This document shows, piece after piece, positions 62,021 to 64,000 of a stretch of DNA of 64,000 nt (the first letter of the stretch is position 1; each line of letters begins with the position of its first letter). The DNA lies in contig JAQGDQ010000016.1 of the NCBI GenBank assembly GCA_030141605.1, positions 870,282-934,281 on the forward strand. The letters are read 5' to 3'. Below the pieces are notes generated by a model. That model had not been told where the DNA came from. It ran no database searches and saw nothing but the letters and a program-made list of their open reading frames with translations. Source of the stretch: Tubiluchus corallicola. Taxonomy: Eukaryota; Animalia; Priapulida. The position numbers were made by a program, and so were the translations under genes.

Positions 62021-64000
62021 ATGGCAAAATTTCCTTGTTCGTTTTGTAACCATGAATGCAAGCCGACTCAATGTGCTATTCAATGTAATATTTGTCTCTG
62101 TTGGAGGCACTTAAAATGTTCAACGTTGTCCCTTTTAGAATTTCGTAATTTAGGCAATAGTAGTGAGCCTTACTACTGTATAAACTGTATTAACATTTTA
62201 CTTCCATTTCAGGGCTGCGATGAAGAGGACTTCTCAACTATCTTCAGCACGAGTGTTTCTACTATAAGCTTATCTACTTATACTAATCTTTCTTCATTTC
62301 TGTCACCCATATGTGAAGATTCTCAAGATCTTGATAATTATATAGTACAGTACTCTAGTAAGTATTATTCTTTAGATGCACTAAAACATGACACCAAATT
62401 AAAAAACAATACAAATGATTTTTGCTTTGTGCACATGAATGCACGCAGTCTTGGCCGCTATTTTGGTGAGGTGCTTGAAACAGTGGATCATTTTCAAAAT
62501 CCTCCGGACATCGTAGCTATTTCAGAAACAAGATTACATGAAAATACACCCTTTTTCTACAATATACCAGAGTACATTTTTCTTAGAAAAGATTCGCTTA
62601 CTGCTGCAGGTGGGGTAGGTCTATATATTAAAAAAAATCTTGAATTTAAATTAAACTTATTGAACTTAAATCTTGAACTTATTAATGAAATTCAGTTTAA
62701 CTGCGAAAAATATACATCCAACTTACCTCACACTGTTAGCAGAATAGCTGTAGAGGATTTATGGGTCGAGATAAAAACATCAAGAAATAAAGCACCTATA
62801 CTATTTGGCGTCGTGTACAGGCACCCCAACAAATCTGTCAGTCATTTTAATAAAGAAATGGAAAAGATCTTAAACTTTATCAATTCGTCAGGTAGGACAG
62901 CTTTTATTTGCGGGGACATGAATATTAATTTACTTCAACATGAAGACATTTCTTCAGTTGCCAACTATATAAATATGTTGTTCTCAAATAGGTTTCATCC
63001 AGTTATCACTCAACCAACTCGCATTACTAACAACTCACAAACTTTAATTGATCATATTTATACTAATGAGTTTCAAAATCCCATCACTGCTGGCATCATT
63101 CAGTATGAAGTGGCTGACCATCTGCCTATCTTTGCAATTGTTAACTCTTCCTATGCATGCAAAAGTAAGTCTCAAATACAAATAAGAGATACTAAAAGAT
63201 TTATTCCTGCGAATTTTCTGAGCGATTTGGGACATTCACTTTCTAATATTTTCAATAGTCAACTTAATGTAAATAATACTTTTTCCCATTTCTTGGAATC
63301 ATTTGAAACCACCCTTAATAAACATGCCCCGATTCGAACACTTAGTAAAAGAGAAACAATATCCTTTCGAAAACCCTGGATAACACCCGGAATTTTAAAA
63401 TCAATCAGAACTAGAAGCAAGCTCTATAAATCTCACAAACTTTCTCATTTGCTTTACAAAAAGACTTATTATAAGACTTATTCAAATAAACTAAATCACG
63501 TTAAACAAAAATCTAAAAGAGAATATTATGACCATTTATTTGCTGTAAACAAAAATAATATTAAGAAGCAATGGAGTACGATTAACAGCCTACTGAAAAT
63601 TAAAAGTAAAACACAAGTTGCCCCTTCCTATTTAGATAACAATGGTCATACAACAAGTGACTATCTCTCTATTGCTAATGCATTTAATAAATTCTTCCAG
63701 TCTGTAGGTAGTAATATGGCCAATAAAATCCCACCCACTTTGAAGACCTACCAATCATTCTTAAATGCTCCAAATGATAAATCTGTCTTCTTTTATCCTA
63801 TCTCTGAACTTGAAATATTGTTGTCTCTTAATAAACTTAAAGGAAATAAATCACCTGGCCCAGAAAATGTCCAGGTCAAATTTTACAAATTAGCAACTGA
63901 TTTAATTGTCCCAGTTCTTTCTCGATTGTTTAATATGGCAGTTTCTGAAGGAACCCTTCCTAATTGTCTAAAAGTAGCTAAAGTCAAACCACTTTATAAA
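62021..64000 (+). CDS. LINE ORF2: N-terminal PHD finger, APE endonuclease and linker up to the RT start (incomplete at window edge)
   Basis: 660 codons in one frame. C4HC3 pattern (CSFC..CNIC....H..C..CINC); APE motifs HMNARSL, AISET, GGVGLYI, VYRHP, GDMN, TLIDHIY, DHLPI; PWIT; KSPGPENV; KVAKVKPLYK. Confidence 0.93.
   Translation, partial: MAKFPCSFCNHECKPTQCAIQCNICLCWRHLKCSTLSLLEFRNLGNSSEPYYCINCINILLPFQGCDEEDFSTIFSTSVSTISLSTYTNLSSFLSPICEDSQDLDNYIVQYSSKYYSLDALKHDTKLKNNTNDFCFVHMNARSLGRYFGEVLETVDHFQNPPDIVAISETRLHENTPFFYNIPEYIFLRKDSLTAAGGVGLYIKKNLEFKLNLLNLNLELINEIQFNCEKYTSNLPHTVSRIAVEDLWVEIKTSRNKAPILFGVVYRHPNKSVSHFNKEMEKILNFINSSGRTAFICGDMNINLLQHEDISSVANYINMLFSNRFHPVITQPTRITNNSQTLIDHIYTNEFQNPITAGIIQYEVADHLPIFAIVNSSYACKSKSQIQIRDTKRFIPANFLSDLGHSLSNIFNSQLNVNNTFSHFLESFETTLNKHAPIRTLSKRETISFRKPWITPGILKSIRTRSKLYKSHKLSHLLYKKTYYKTYSNKLNHVKQKSKREYYDHLFAVNKNNIKKQWSTINSLLKIKSKTQVAPSYLDNNGHTTSDYLSIANAFNKFFQSVGSNMANKIPPTLKTYQSFLNAPNDKSVFFYPISELEILLSLNKLKGNKSPGPENVQVKFYKLATDLIVPVLSRLFNMAVSEGTLPNCLKVAKVKPLYK

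Larger units (their letters stand above)
61712..64000 (+). mobile_element. Non-LTR retrotransposon, CR1/L2 group (clade not resolved)
   Basis: ORF1 remnant plus PHD-APE ORF2 as above. Confidence 0.9.

Noticed and set aside
63044-63235. Minus-strand 63-aa ORF
   Set aside because: Antisense shadow of LINE ORF2

Overview
AT-rich invertebrate (bilaterian-like) animal genomic DNA with spliceosomal introns, so most ORF-track entries are spurious or exon fragments. The + strand (1631-41867) holds the 3' part of a Cav2-type (cacophony/CACNA1A/B/E-like) voltage-gated calcium channel alpha-1 gene, from the I-II linker to the C-terminal EDWC PDZ ligand; its 5' end lies outside the window. The - strand (57617-46708) holds a complete Polyhomeotic (PHC) gene of about 804 aa with HD1, FCS zinc finger and SAM domains, convergent with the channel. 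Beyond it are a candidate divergent promoter pair, MITE/SINE remnants, and a 5'-truncated CR1/L2-group LINE whose PHD-endonuclease ORF2 runs off the window. The most striking feature is the channel's alternative-splicing architecture: duplicated, probably mutually exclusive exon pairs for both IVS2 and IVS3, twin 15-nt microexons after the IQ domain, further frame-preserving cassettes, two GC-AG introns and nearby RNA hairpins. All exon calls come from manual translation and splice-phase consistency; no alignments or expression data were available.
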